64,000 nt of DNA, from NCBI RefSeq assembly GCF_009914755.1, contig NC_060940.1. The stretch is one strand, 5' to 3'. Within the stretch, counting starts at the first letter, position 1. Each line of letters begins with the position of its first letter. The position numbers and the translations under genes were made by a program. This DNA is from the human T2T-CHM13v2.0 reference genome, Homo sapiens. Shown here piece by piece: positions 15,993-32,100 of the stretch. A model generated the notes under the pieces. It was not told where the DNA came from. It searched no databases and saw only the letters and a list, made by a program, of their open reading frames with translations.

Positions 15993-18900
15993 CTATGGTT
16001 CCACAGGTTTCCATTCGTGTCCATTCCATTATTCCATTCTATTCCATTTGATGATGATTCCATTCGATTCCATTCATTGGTGATTCCACTCAATTCCATT
16101 CAATGATTCCATTCCATTTCTTTCAACAATGATTCCATTAGTTTCTATTCGATGATCCACTTGATTCCACTTGACGACGATTCCATTCGTGTCCATTCAA
16201 TGATTCCATTTGATTCCATATGATGATGATTCCATTCGATTCCATACGATGATGATTCCATTCGAGTCCATTCAATGGTGATTCCATTCAATTCCATTCG
16301 ATGATTCCTTTCGATTCCATTCGATGATGATGGCATTCGATTCCTTTCAATCATTCCCTTTGATTGCATTCAAAGGTGATTTCACTCAAGTCCATTCGAT
16401 AATTGCATTCGATTCCATTTTATGATGATTCCATTCGAGTCCATTTGATGATTCCATTCAATTCAAGTCAATGATGATTCCATTCGATTCCATTCGATGA
16501 TTCCATTGGATTCCATTCGATGATGATTCCATTCAAATCCATTCGATAATTCAATTCAAGTCCATTCGATGATGATTAAAATCGAATCCATTCAAAGATT
16601 CCATTCAGTTCCATTCGATGATTCCCTTAGATTCCATTCGATGATTCCACTTGATTTCATTTACGATGATTCCATTCGATTCCATGTGATGATTCCATTC
16701 AATTCTATTCAATGCTGTTTCCATTTCTTTCCATTCGACCATGATTGCCTTTGATTCCATTCAATGACTCCATTCGGTTCCTTTTGATGATGATTCCGTT
16801 CGATTCCATTTCATTATTCCATTTGATTCCATTGGATGAGTCCATTCGATTACATTCGATGATTATTCCATTCGAGTGCATTAGATGATTCCATTCGAGT
16901 CCATTCGATGATTCCATTCGATTCCATTCGATGTTGATTCTGTTCAAATCCATTCGATGATTCCACTCGATTCCATTCGATGACTCCAGTTGATCCCATT
17001 CGATGATTTCCTTTGATTCCCTTTGATGATCATTCCATTTGATTCAATTCGGTGATTTCATTTGATTCCATTCAGTGATGTTTCCATTCGACTCCATTCG
17101 ATGATGATTCCATTCGACTCCATTCGATTATGATTTCATTCAATTCCATTCGATAATGATTCCCTTCGAGTCCATTCGATGATTCCATTCGATTCCATTC
17201 AACGATGATTTGATTCGTGTCCATTCGATGATTCCATTTGATTCCACTTGATGATGATTCCATTCGAGTCCATTTGATGATTCCATTCAATTCCATTCTC
17301 CGATGATTTCTTTTGAGCCCATTCAATGCTTCCACACGATTCCATATGATGATGACTCCATTCGATGAAATTCGATGATGATTCCATTCGCTTGCATTCG
17401 ATGATGATTCCACTTGAGTCCATTAGAAGATTCTATTCAATTACATTCCATGACGATTCCGTTCGAGTCCATTTGATGATTCCATTAGACTCCATTCGAC
17501 GATGATTCCATTCGATGTTATTCGATGATTCCATTCGATCTCATTCGATGATGATTCCATTCAACTCCATTCGATGTTTCCATTCGAGTTCATTCTATTA
17601 TTCCATTAGATTCCATTCGATGATGATTCCATTCGATTCCATTTGATGATTGCATTCTATTTCATTTGATGATGATTCCATTCGAGTCCACTCGATGATT
17701 CCATTCGAGTCCATTTAATGAATCCATTGGTTTCAATTCTATGATGATTACATTGGATTCCATTCGTTGATGATTTCATTCGGTTCCATTCAATGATGAT
17801 TCAATTCAATTCCTTTCAATGTTTCCATTCAATTCCATACGATGATGATTCCATTTGATTTGATTCGACAGTGAGCCATTCGATTCAATTCCATGATGAT
17901 TCTATTTGATTCCATTGGTTGACATTTCCATTCGATTCCATTCGATGATGATTCCCTTTGATTCCATTCAAAGATGATTCCATTCTAGCCCATTCAATCA
18001 TTCCATTCGATTCTATTCAATGATGATTCCATTCATGTCGATTTGGTGATTCCATTTGACTTCATTTGATGATGATTCCTTTCAAGTTCATTAGATGATT
18101 CCATTCGATTCCATTTGATGATGATCCCATTCGAGTCCATTCAGTGATTCCACTCGTTTCCATTCCATGATGATTCCATTCCATTCCATGCAATGATTCC
18201 ATTCGATTCCGTTTGATGATGATTTCATTCGAGTCCATTTGATGATTCCATTTGATTCCATTCGATGATGATTCCATTCGAGTCCATTCGATGATTCTAT
18301 TCGAATCCATTTGATGATTTCTTTTGATTATAGTTGGTGATGATTCCATTGGAGTCCATTCAATGATTCCATTCGATTCCAATCGATGGTGATTCCATTA
18401 GAGTCCATTTAATGATTCCATTTGATTCCAGTCTCTGATGATTACATTTGAGTCCATACGATGATTCCACTCAATTCCATATGATGATGATTCCATTCGA
18501 TTCCATTCGATGATTCCATTCTATTCTATTCAATGGTGATTCCATTCGAGTACATTAGATGATTCCATTCGATTCCATTCAATGATGATTCTATTTGTGT
18601 CCCTTAGATGATTCCACATGATTCCATTAGATGATGATACTATTTGAGCCCATCCAATGATTCCCTTCGATTCCATTCGATGAGGATTCCATTCGATTCA
18701 ATTCATTGGTGATTCTATTCAATTCAATTCTTTGATTCCATTCCATTCCATTCGACAATGATTCCATTCGATTTCTTTCGATGATTCCACTCGATTCCAC
18801 TTGACATTGATTCCCTTCGATTCCATTCAATGATTCCATTTGATTCCAGTGGATGATGATTGCCATCGATTCCATTTGATCACTCCATTCTATTCCACTT

Positions 18901-21900
18901 GATGATGATTACATTCGATTCCATTTGACGATTCCATCTGATTCTATTCGAGGATTCCATTTGATTCCATTCGATGATGATTCCATTCGAGTCCATTCGA
19001 TGATATCATTCGAGTACATCCAATGATTCCATTCGAGTCCATTTGATGATTCCATTTGATTCCATTTGATAATGATTCTACTAGAGTCCATTCAATGACT
19101 CCATTGGAGTCCATTCAACAATTCCATTCGACTCCATTTGATGATTCCATTGGATTCCATTTGATGATTCCATTCGAGTCCATTTAATCATTACAGTCGA
19201 GTCCATTTGGTGATTCCACCGGATTTCTTTTGATAATGATACCATTCAATTACATTTGATGATGATCCCATTCAATTTCATTTGATGATGATTCCATTAG
19301 AGTCCATTCGATGATTTCATTCGAGTCCCTTCATTGATTCCATCCGATTTCATTGGATGATGACTCCATTCGAGTCCATTCGATGATTCCACTCGATTCC
19401 ATTAGATGATTCCATTGGAGTCCATTTGATTGTTCCATTCGATTCCATTCGATTCCTTTCGAAGATTATTCCATTTGAGTCCATTCGATGATGATTCCAT
19501 TCCATTCCATTCGATGATTCCGTTTGATTCCATTCGATGATTCCCTTCGATTCCTTTCTTTGATGATTCCATTCCATTCCATTCAATGATTCCATTCGAA
19601 TCTATTCCATGATGATTCCTTTCGATTCCATTCGCTGATGTTTCCGTTCAATTCCATTCGATGATGATTCCATTCGATTCCATTCATTGAGGATTCCATT
19701 TGATTCCATTCAATGATGATTCCGTTCTATTCTATTCAATGATTGCATTCAATTCCATTCAGTGATTATCCCCTTAGAGTAAACTCAACGATTCCATTCA
19801 ATACCATTCGATGATGATTCCTTTTGAGTCCATTCAATGATTTCATTCAAGTCCATTTGATGATTCCTTTCAATTCCATTCTATGATGATTCCATTCGAG
19901 TCCATTCGATGATTCCATTCGATTGCATTCGATTATTCCATTATATTCCAGTCAACAATGAATCCATTCGAGTCCATTCGATGATTCCATTAGAGTACAT
20001 TTAATGATTGCTTTGTTTTCAATTCGAAGATGACTACATTGGATTCCATTCTATGATACCATTCGATTCCATTCAATGATGATTCCACTCAAATCCATTG
20101 GATGATTCCATTCGTGTCCATTCGGTGATTTCCTTAGATTCCATTCGAGGATGTTTCCATTCGATTCCATTCGATGATTCCATTCAATTCCATTCGAGTA
20201 TGATTCCATTCCAGTCCATATGATCATTCCATTTGATTTCATTCGATGATGATTCCATTCGATTCCATTCGATGATTCCATTCTATTCCATTCGATGATG
20301 ATTCCATTCGAGTCCATTCGATGATTCCATTCGAGTCCATTTAATGATTCCATTGGGTTCAATTCAATGATGATTACATTGGATTCCGTTCTATGATTCC
20401 ATTCAATTCCGTTCATTGACAATTTGATTCCATTCGATGATGATTCCATTTGAGTTCATTCGATGATTCTATTCGATTCTCTTCGATGGTGATTCAATTC
20501 TATTATATTGGATGATTCCATTCGATTCCATTTGATGTTGATTCAATTCGATTCTATTCGATGATGATTCCATTGGATTTCACTTGATGATTCTATTCGA
20601 TTCCATTCAATGATGATTCACTTCTCGTCCATTGGATGATTCCATTTCATTCCATTCGATGATGATTCCATTCGATTCCATTCGATGATTCCATTTGATT
20701 CCATGCGTCGGTGAGCAATTCGATTCAATTCCATGATGATTCTATTTGATTCAATTAGATGATGTTTCCATTCGAATCCATTCCATGATTATTCCATTGG
20801 AATCCATTCGGCGATGATTCCATATGAGTCAATTCAATGATGATTCCATATGGGTCCGTTCGATGATAATTCCATTTGATTTCATTCGGTGCTTCTATTC
20901 AATTCCAGTCGATGATTATTCCGTTGGAGTCCATACGATGATTCCATTTGATTTCATTTGATGATGATTCCATTCGATGATGATTACATTGGATTCCATT
21001 CTATGATTCCATTCAATTCCATTCGTTGATGATTCGATTCCATTCAATGATGATTCCATTTGAGTTCATTCGATGATTCTATTCGATTCCGTTCGATGGT
21101 GATTCAATTCTCTTATATTGGATGATTCCACTCGATTCCATTTGATGATTATTCCATTGCAGTCCACTTAGGGAATCCTTCAGATTCTTCTCGAAGATGA
21201 ATCCATTCAAGTCCATTCAATCATACCATTCAATTTCATTCGTTGATGCTTCCATTCAAGTGCATTCGATGATATCATTCGATTCCATTTGATGATAATT
21301 CCATTTGATTCCATGCGATGATTCTATTCGATTCCATTCAATGATAATTCCATTCAGTTCAGTGATTCCTCTGAACTCCATTTGATGATGATTCCATTCA
21401 ATGATTCCATTCGATTCTATTCCAAAATGATTCCATTTGAATCCATTTGATGATGATTCCATTAGATTCCATTTGATGATTCCATTCGATTCCATGCGAC
21501 GATGATTCCATTCAATTCCATGTGATGATTCCATTCTATTCTATTCGATGATGATTCCATTCGATTCCATTCGATGATGATTGGATTCGATTCCATTTGA
21601 TGATTTCATTTGATTCCATTCGTTAATGATTTCGATCAATTCCATTCGATGATTCCATTCGATTCCATTCGATAATGATTACATCCGTGTCCATTCAATG
21701 ATTCCATTTGAGCCTGTTCGATAATTCCATTTGAGTCCAACCAATGATTCCATTCATTTCCCTTCAATGATTCCATTCGAGTCCATTTGATCATTCCGGT
21801 AGGGTCCATTCGATGTTGACTCCATTGGAGTGCATTCGATGATTCCATTCGAGTCTATTTTATGATTTGATTCGAGTCCTTTCGATGATTCCATTCGATT

Positions 21901-22104
21901 CCACTCGATGATGATTTCATTCGAGTCCATTCGACACTTCCAATCGATTCCATTTGATGTTTCCATTCGAGTCCAATTGATGATTCCATTCAATTCCATT
22001 CGATGATGATTCCGTACGATTCCATTCTGTGATGATTCCATGTGATTGCATTCAATGATGATTCCTTTAGATTGCATTCGATTGTGATTCATTTCGTCTT
22101 CATT
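15993..22104 (+). repeat. Unit U4, full long type (6112 bp)
   Basis: Landmarks at 15993 and 22105. Contains the segments deleted in U1 and U3. Confidence 0.9.
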
Positions 22105-25100
22105 CTATGGTTCCACTGGTTTCCATTCGTGTCCATTCCATTATTCCATTCTATTCCATTTGATGATGATTCCATTCGATTCCATTCATTGGTGATTCCA
22201 CTCAATTCCATTCAATGATTCCATTCCATTTCTTTCAACAATGATTCCATTACTTTCTAATCGATGATCCACTTGATTCCATTTGACGACGATTCCATTC
22301 TTGTCCATTCGATGATTCCATTTGATTCCATATGATGATGATTCCATTCGATTCCATACCATGATGATTCCATTCGAGTCCATTCAATGGTGATTCCATT
22401 CAATTCCATTCGATGATTCCTTTTGATTCCATTCGATGATGATGGCATTCGATTCCTTTCAATCATACCCTTTGATTCCATTCAAAGGTGATTTCATTCA
22501 AGTCCATTCGATAATTGCATTCGATTCCATTCTATGATGATTCCATTCGAGTCCATTTGATGATTCCATTCAATTCAAGTCAATGATGATTCCATTCGAT
22601 TCCATTCGATGATTCCATTGGATTCCATTCGATGATGATTCCATTCAAATCCATTCGATAATTCAATTCAAGTCCATTCGATGATGATTAAAATCGAATC
22701 CATTCAAAGATTCCATTCAGTTCCATTCGATGATTCCCTTAGATTCCATTCGATGATTCCACTTGATTTCATTTACGATGATTCCATTTGATTCCATGTG
22801 ATGATTCCATTCAATTCTATTCAATGCTGTTTCCATTTGATTCCATTCGACCATGATTGCCTTTGATTCCATTCAATGACTCCATTCGGTTCCTTTTGAT
22901 TATGATTCCGTTCGATTCCATTTCATTATTCCATTTGATTCCATTGGATGAGTCCATTCGATTACATTCGATGATTATTCCATTCGAGTGCATAAGATGA
23001 TTCCATTCGAGTCCATTCGATGATTCCATTCGATTCCATTCGATGTTGATTCTGTTCAAATCCATTCGATGATTCCACTCGATTCCATTCAGTGATGATT
23101 CCATTTGATTCCATCTGATGATGACTTCATTTGATTCCATTCGATGATGATTCCATTGGAGTCCATTGAATGATTCAATTCAATTCCATTCCATGTGGAT
23201 TCCATTCGAATTCATTCGATTATTCCATTCAAATCCCTTCGTTGATTCCATCTGATTCCACTTGACGATGATTCCATTCAAGTCCAATCGATGATTCCAT
23301 TCGGTTCCATTCAGTGATTCCATTCGAGTCCATTTATGTATTATATTCGTGTCCACTTGATGACTCACTCCATTCAATTCCATTTAATGATGATTCCATT
23401 TGATTCCATTTGATGATTCAGTTCGATTCCTTACAATGATTCCCTACGATTCCTTTCTATGATGATTCCATTCGATTCCATTCATTGATGATTCCATTCG
23501 ACTCCATTCGATGATGATTCCTTTCGATTCCATTTGACGATGTTTCCATTTGAGTCCATTCGATGATGATTCAATTCAGTTCTGTTCTATTATGAATCCA
23601 TTCGATTTCATTCAATGCTTCTATTTGATTCCATTCGACGATGATTCCATCTCTTTCCCTTCGATGTTTCCATTTGATTCCATTCAGTGATGATTCCATT
23701 TGATTCCATCTGATGATGATTTCACTTGATTCATTTCAATGATGATTCCATTCAAGTCCATTCGATGATTCCATTGGAGTCCAAACGATCATTCCATTCG
23801 ATTCCATTCAATGATGATTCCATTCATGTCCATTCAATGAATCCTTTCAATTCCATTCGATGATGACTCCATTCGAGTACATTCGATGATTCCATTTGAT
23901 TCCATTTGATGATGATTACATTCAATTCCATTCGAAGATGATTCCATTCAATTCCACTTGATGATGATTCCGTATGAATCCATTCGCTGATTATTCCATT
24001 CGATTCCATTCATTGACGATTCCATTTGATTCCATTCAATGATGATGCTCTTCTATTCCATTCGATGATTCCGGTCGATTCCATTCGATGATGATTCCAT
24101 TAGATTCCATTCGATTGTTGCATTCGATTCCCTTCGATGATGATTCCTTTGAATTCCATTCGATTATGATTCCGTATGAATCCATTTGATGATTATTCCA
24201 TTGGATTCCTTTCGATGATGATTCCATTCGATTCCATTTGATGATGTTTCTCATGTATTCCATTTGATAATTCCTTTCAATTCCCTTCGATGATGATTCT
24301 TTCGAGTCAATTCGATGATTCTATTCCATTCCCTTCGATGATGATTCCATTTCACTCCATTCGATGATTCCATTCGATTCAATTTGGTGATGATTCAATT
24401 CGATGACATTCGATGACTCCATTCAATTTCATTTGATGATGATTACATTCGAGTCCATTTGATGATTGTATTCCTTTCCTTTTGATGATTATTCCATTCG
24501 TGTCTATTCAAAGATTCCATTCTATTCCATTCAATGATGATTCCAATTGATTCCATTCAATGATTATGGCTATCGATTCCACTCGTTGATTCCATTTGAT
24601 TCCATTCGATGATTATTCCGTTAGATTCCATTAGGAGATTCCATTCGATTTTATTCAATGATTCCAATTGATTCCATTCAATGATGATTCCATTCGACTC
24701 CATTCAGTGATTCCATTTGAGTCCATTTGATGATTCCATTCGAGTCCATTTGATGATTCCATTCTTTTCCATTTGATGATGATTCCATTAGGGTCCATTC
24801 AATGATTCCATTCGAGTCCATTCGTTAATGCCTTTCGAGTCCTTTTGATCACTACATTCGAGTCCATTCAATGATTCTATTCGATTCCATTCCATGATGA
24901 TTCCATTCGAGTTCATTCGATGATTGCATTCGAGTCCATTTGATGATTCCATAAGATTCCATTCGACAATGATTCCATTCGTGTCCATTTGATGATTCCA
25001 TTCATTTCCTATCGATGAAGATTCCATTCGAGTGTATTCGATGATTCCATTCAAATCCATTCGATGATGATTCCATTCCAGTCCATTCGATCATTCCACT

Positions 25101-26172
25101 TGATTCCATTTGATGACTATTCCATTCAAATCCATTTGATGATTCCATTCGATTCCATTCGATGTTACCATTCCAGTATATACGATGATTCCACTCGATT
25201 CCATTTGATGATTATTCCATTGGAGTCGACTTAGTGAATCCTTTAGATTCTACTCGAAGATGATTCCATTCGAGTCCATTCGATGATACCATTCAATTCC
25301 ATTCGTTGATGCTTCCATTCAAGTGCATTCGATGATATCATTCGATTCCATTTGATGATAATTCCATTTGATTCCATGTGATGATTCTATTCCATTCCAT
25401 TCAATGATAATTCCATTCAATTCAGTGATTCCTCTGGACTCCATTTGATGATGATTCCATTCAATGATTCCATTCGATTCTATTCGAAAATGATTCCATT
25501 TGAATCCATTTGATGATGATTCCATTGGATTCCATTTGATGATTCCATTCGATTCCATTCGACGATGATTCCATTCGATTCCATTTGATGATTCCATTCT
25601 ATTCTATTCGATGATGATTCCATTCGATTCCATTCGATGATGATTGGATTCGATTCCATTTGATGATTTCATTTGATTCCATTCGATGATGATTTCGATC
25701 AATTCCATTCGATGATTCCATTCGATTCCATTTGATAATGATTACATCCGAGTCCATTCGATGATTCCATTTGAGCCCGTTCGATAATTCCATTTGAGTC
25801 CAATCAATGATTCCATTCATTTCCATTCAATGATTCCATTCGAGTCCATTTGATCATTCCGGTAGGGTCCGTTCGATGTTGATTCCATTGGAGTGCATTC
25901 GATGATTCCATTCGAGTCCATTTTAGGATTTGATTCGAGTCCTTTCGATGATTCCATTCGATTCCACTCGATGCGATGATGATTTCATTCGAGTCCATTC
26001 GACACTTCCAATCGATTCCATTTGATGTTTCCATTCGAGTCCAATTGATGATTCCATTCAATTCCATTCGATGATGATTCCGTACGATTCCATTCTGTGA
26101 TGATTCCATGTGATTGCATTCAATGATGATTTCTTTCGATTGCATTCGATTATGATTCATTTCGTGTTCATT
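22105..26172 (+). repeat. Unit U5, short type (4068 bp) with a different internal junction from U2/U9
   Basis: U1/U4-like head (GATTAAAATCG at ~22687) to ~23085, then a jump to CAGTGATGATTCCATTTGATTCCATCTG, colinear with ~35020 onward (offset 11933). Confidence 0.85.
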
Positions 26173-29100
26173 CTATGGTTCCACAGGTTTCACATCGTGT
26201 CCATTCCATTATTCCATTCTATTCCATTTGATGATGATTCCATTCGATTCCATTCATTGGTGATTCCACTCAATTCCATTCAATGATTCCATTCCATTTC
26301 TTTCAACAATGATTCCATTAGTTTCTAATCGATGATCCACTTGATTCCATTTGACGATGATTCCATTCTTGTCCATTCGATGATTCCATTTGATTCCATA
26401 TGATGATGATTCCATTAGATTCCATACGATGATGATTCCATTCGAGTCCATTCAATGGTGATTCCATTCAATTCCATTCGATGATTCCTTTCGATTCCAT
26501 TTGATGATGATGGCATTCGATTCCTTTCAATCATTCCCTTTGATTCCACTCAAAGGTGATTTCATTCAAGTCCATTCGATAATTGCATTCGATTCCATTC
26601 TATGATGATTCCATTCGAGTCCATTTGATGATTCCATTCAATTCAAGTCAATGATGATTCCATTCGATTCCATTCGATGATTCCATTGGATTCCATTCGA
26701 TGATGATTCCATTCAAATCCATTCGATAATTCAATTCACGTCCATTCGATGATGATTCCAATCGAATCCATTCAAAGATTCCATTCAATTCCATTCGATG
26801 ATTCCCTTAGATTCCATTCGATGATTCCACTTGATTCCATTTACGATGATTCCATTCGATTCCATGTGATGATTCCATTCAATTCTATTCAATGATGTTT
26901 CCATTTGATTCCATTCGACCATGATTGCCTTTGATTCCATTCAATGATTCCATTCGGTTCCGTTTGATGATGATTCCGTTCGATTCCATTTGATGATTCC
27001 ATTTGATTCCATTGGATGAGTCCATTCGATTACATTCGATGATTATTCCATTCGAGTGCATTAGATGATTCCATTCGAGTCCATTCGATGATTCCATTCG
27101 AGTCCATTCGATGATTCCATTCGATTCCATTCGATGTTGATTCTGTTCAAATCCATTCGATGATTCCACTCGATTCCATTCGATGACTCCATTTGATCCC
27201 ATTCGATGATTTCCTTTGATTCCCTTTGATGATCATTCCATTTGATTCAATTCGGTGATTTCATTTGATTCCATTCAGTGATGTTTCCATTCGACTCCAT
27301 TCGATGATGATTCCATTCGACTACATTCGATTATGATTTCATTCAATTCCATTCGATAAAGATTCCCTTCGAGTCCAATCGATGATTCCATTCGATTCCA
27401 TTCAACGATGATTTGATTCGTGTCCATTCGATGATTCCATTTGATTCCACTTGATGAGGATTCCATTCGAGTCCATTTGATGATTCCATTCAATTGCATT
27501 CTCCGATGATTTCTTTTGAGCCCATTCAATGCTTCCACTCGATTCCATATGATGATGACTCCATTCGATGAAACTCGATGATGATTCCATTCGCTTGCAT
27601 TCGATGATGATTCCACTTGAGTCCGTTAGAAGATTCTATTCAATTACATTCCATGACGATTCCGTTCGAGTCCATTTGATGATTCCATTAGACTCCATTC
27701 CACGATGATTCCATTCGATGTTATTCGATGATTCCATTCGATCTCATTCGTTGATGATTCCATTCAACTCCATTCGATGTTTCCATTCGAGTTCATTCTA
27801 TTATTCCATTAGATTCCATTCGATGATGATTCCATTCGATTCCATTTGATGATTGCATTCTATTTCATTTGATGAGGATTCCATTCGAGTCCACTCGATG
27901 ATTCCATTCGAGTCCATTTAATGAATCCATTGGTTTCAATTCTATGATGATTACATTGGATTCCATTCGTTGATGATTTCATTCGGTTCCATTCAATGAT
28001 GATTCCATTCAATTCCTTTCAATGTTTCCATTCAATTCCATACGATGATGATTCCATTTGATTTGATTCGACAGTGAGCCATTCGATTCAATTCCATGAT
28101 GATTCTATTTGATTCACTTGGTTGACATTTCCATTCGATTCCATTCGATGATGATTCCATTTGATTCCATTCAAAGATGATTCCATTCTAGCCCATTCAA
28201 TCATTCCATTCGATTCTATTCAATGATGATTCCATTCATGTCGATTTGGTGATTCAATTTGACTTCATTTGATGATGATTCCTTTCAAGTTCATTAGATG
28301 ATTCCATTCGATTCCATTTGATGATGATCCCATTCGAGTCCATTCAGTGATTCCACTCGTTTCCATTCCATGATGATTCCATTCCATTCCATTCAATGAT
28401 TCCATTCGATTCCGTTTGATGATGATTTCATTCGAGTCCATTTGATGATTCCATTTGATTCCATTCGATGATGATTCCATTCGAGTCCATTCGATGATTC
28501 TATTCGAATCCATTTGATGATTTCTTTTGATTATATTTGGTGATGATTCCATTGGAGTCCATTCAATGATTCCATTCGATTCCAATCGATGATGATTCCA
28601 TTAGAGTCCATTTAATGATTCCATTTGATTCCAGTCTCTGATGTTTACATTCGAGTCCATACGATGATTCCACTCAATTCCATATGATGATGATTCCATT
28701 CGATTCCATTCGATGATTCCATTCTATTCTATTCAATGGTGATTCCATTCGAGTACATTAGATGATTCCATTCGATTCCATTCAATGATGATTCTATTTG
28801 TGTCCCTTAGATGATTCCACATGATTCCATTAGATGATGATACTATTTGAGCCCATCCAATGATTCCCTTCGATTCCATTCGATGAGGATTCCATTCGAT
28901 TCAATTCATTGGTGATTCTATTCAATTCAATTCTTTGATTCAATTCCATTCCATTCGACAATGATTCCATTCGATTTCTTTCGATGATTCCACTCAATTT
29001 CACTTGACATTGATTCCATTCGATTCCATTCAATGATTCCATTTGATTCCAGTGGATGATGATTGCCGTCGATTCCATTCGATCACTCCATTCTGTTCCA

Positions 29101-32100
29101 TTTGATGATGATTACATTCGATTCCATTTGATGATTCCATCTGACTCTATTCGAGGATTCCATTTGATTCCATTCGATGATGATTCCATTCGAGTCCATT
29201 CGATGATTTCATTCGAGTACATCCAATGATTCCATTCGAGTCCATTTGATGATTCCATTTCATTCCATTTGATTATGATTCTACTAGAGTCCATTCAATG
29301 ACTCCATTCGAGTCCATTCAACAGTTCCATCCGAGTCCATTCGATGATTCCATTCGATTCCATTTGATGATTCCATTTGAGTCCATTTAATCATTACAGT
29401 CGAGTCCATTTGGTGATTCCACTGGATTTCTTTTGATAATGATACCATTCAATTACATTTGATGATGATCCCATTCAATTTCATTTGATGATGATTCCAT
29501 TAGAGTCCATTCCATGATTTCATTCGAGTCCCTTCATTGATTCCATCCGATTTCATTTCATGATGACTCCATTCGAGTCCATTCGATGATTCCACTCGAT
29601 TCCATTAGATGATTCCATTGGAGTCCATTTGATTGTTCCATTCGATTCCATTCGATTCCTTTCGAAGATTATTCCATTTGAGTCCATTCGATGATGATTC
29701 CATTCCATTCCATTCGATGATTCCGTTTGATTCCATTCGATGATTCCCTGCGATTCCTTTCTATGATGATTCCATTCCATTCCATTCAATGATTCCATTC
29801 GAATCTATTCCATGATGATTCCTTTCGATTCCATTCGCTGATGTTTCCGTTCAATTCCATTCGATGATGATTCCATTCGATTCCATTCATTGAGGATTCC
29901 ATTGGATTCCATTCAATGATGATTCCATTCTATTCCATTCAATGATTGCATTCAATTCCATTCAATGATTATGCCATTAGAGTAAATTCAACGATTCCAT
30001 TCAATACCATTCGATGATGATTCCTTTTGAGTCCATTCAATGATTTCATTCAAGTCCATTTGATGATTCCTTTCAATTCCATTCCATGATGATTCCATTC
30101 GAGTCCATTCGATGATTCCATTCGATTGCATTCGATGATTCCATTATATTCCATTCAACGATGATTCCATTCGAGTCCATTCGATGATTCCATTAGAGTA
30201 CATATAATGATTGCTTTGTTTTCAATTCGAAGATGATTACATTGGATTCCATTCTATGATTCCATTCGATTCCATTCATTGATGATTCCACCCGATTCCA
30301 TTCGATGATGATTCCACTCAAATCCATTGGATGATTCCATTCGTTTCCAATTGGTGATTTCATTAGATTCCATTCGAGGATGATTCTATTCGAGTCCATT
30401 CAATGATTCCATTGGATTCCGTTTGATAATGATTCCATTAGAGTTCATTCGTTGATTCCCTTCGAGTCCATTCGATTATTTCTTTTGATTCCATTTGATG
30501 ATGATTCCATTCGATTCCATTCAATGATTCCATTCCATTCCATTCGATGATGATTCCATTCGATAATGATTACATTCGAGCCCATGTGATGATTCCATTA
30601 GATTCTATTCAATGATGATTCCATTCGACCACATTCGATGATGGCATTCGAGTCCATTCGATGATTTCACTCGATTCCACTTGATGATGATTCCTTTTGA
30701 GTCCATTTGATGATTACATTCGAGTCCATGAGATGACTCCATTCGATTCCATTTCATGATGATGCAATTCGAGGCTATTCGATCATCCCATTTTAGTGCA
30801 TTCGGTGATTCTCTTTTATTACATTCGATGAGGGCTCCATTCGAGTCCATTCAATGATTCCATTAGATTCCACTCGATGATGATTCCATTTGAGTCCATT
30901 CAAAGATTCCTTTCGAGTCCATTCGATAATTCTATTGGATTCCACTAGGTGATGATTCCTTTCGAGTCAATTCGATGATTCCTTTCAAGTGCCTTCAATG
31001 ATTCCATTCGATTCCATTCGATGACGATTCATTTCAAGTCCATTCAATGGTTCCATTCTGTTGAATTTGATGGTTCCATTTGATTCCATTCGATGATGAT
31101 TCCATTCGTGTCCATTGGATGATTCCATTCGATTCCTTTCGAGGAAGATTCCATTCGACTCCATTCGATGATTCCGTTCGATTCCATTCCATGATGATTC
31201 CATTTGATTCCATTCCATGATTCCATTCGATACCATTCGATGATGATTCCATTCGACTCCATTTGATGAATCCATTCAATGCTTCCATTCGAGTCCATTC
31301 GATGATTCCATTCGATTCCATTCCATGAAGATTCCATTCGAGTACATTTGATGATTCCATTTAATTCCATAGGATGATGATTCTATTAGGGTCCGTTGAC
31401 TATTCCATTCAATTCCATTCGAAGATTCCATTCGAGTCCACTCGATGATTCTATTTGATTCCATTTGATAATTCCATTCGATTCCATTTGATGTTGATTC
31501 CATTCGAGTCCATTCGATCATTATTACATTTGATTCTATTCGATGATTCCATTCGATTCCATTTGATGAGGATTCCATTCGAGACCATTTGATGATTCCA
31601 TTCAATTCCATTGGATGATTCCAATATTTTCCATTAGATGATGATTCCATTCGATTCCATTCAATGATGATTCCATCAGAATCCATTCGATGATGACTCC
31701 TTTTGCTTCCATTCAATGATCATTACATTCGGTTCCATTCGATGATGATTCCTTTGGATTCCATTCGATGATGCTTCCATTCGATTCCATTTGATGATGA
31801 TTCTTTTCGATTCCATTTGATGATGATTCCATTTGATTCCATTCGATGGTGATTCCATTTGATGATTCCATTCGATTGTATTCGATGATGATTCCACTCG
31901 ATTCTATTTGATGATGACTGCATTCGATTCCATTTGATGATTCCATTTGATTCCATTCGATGATGATTCTGATCAATTGCATTCGATGATCCATTCGATT
32001 CCATTTGATGGTTCCATTTGATTCCATTTGATAATGATTCCTTTCGAGTCCATTCGATGATTCCATTTGCGGATATTCGATAATTCCATTTGAGTCCAAC

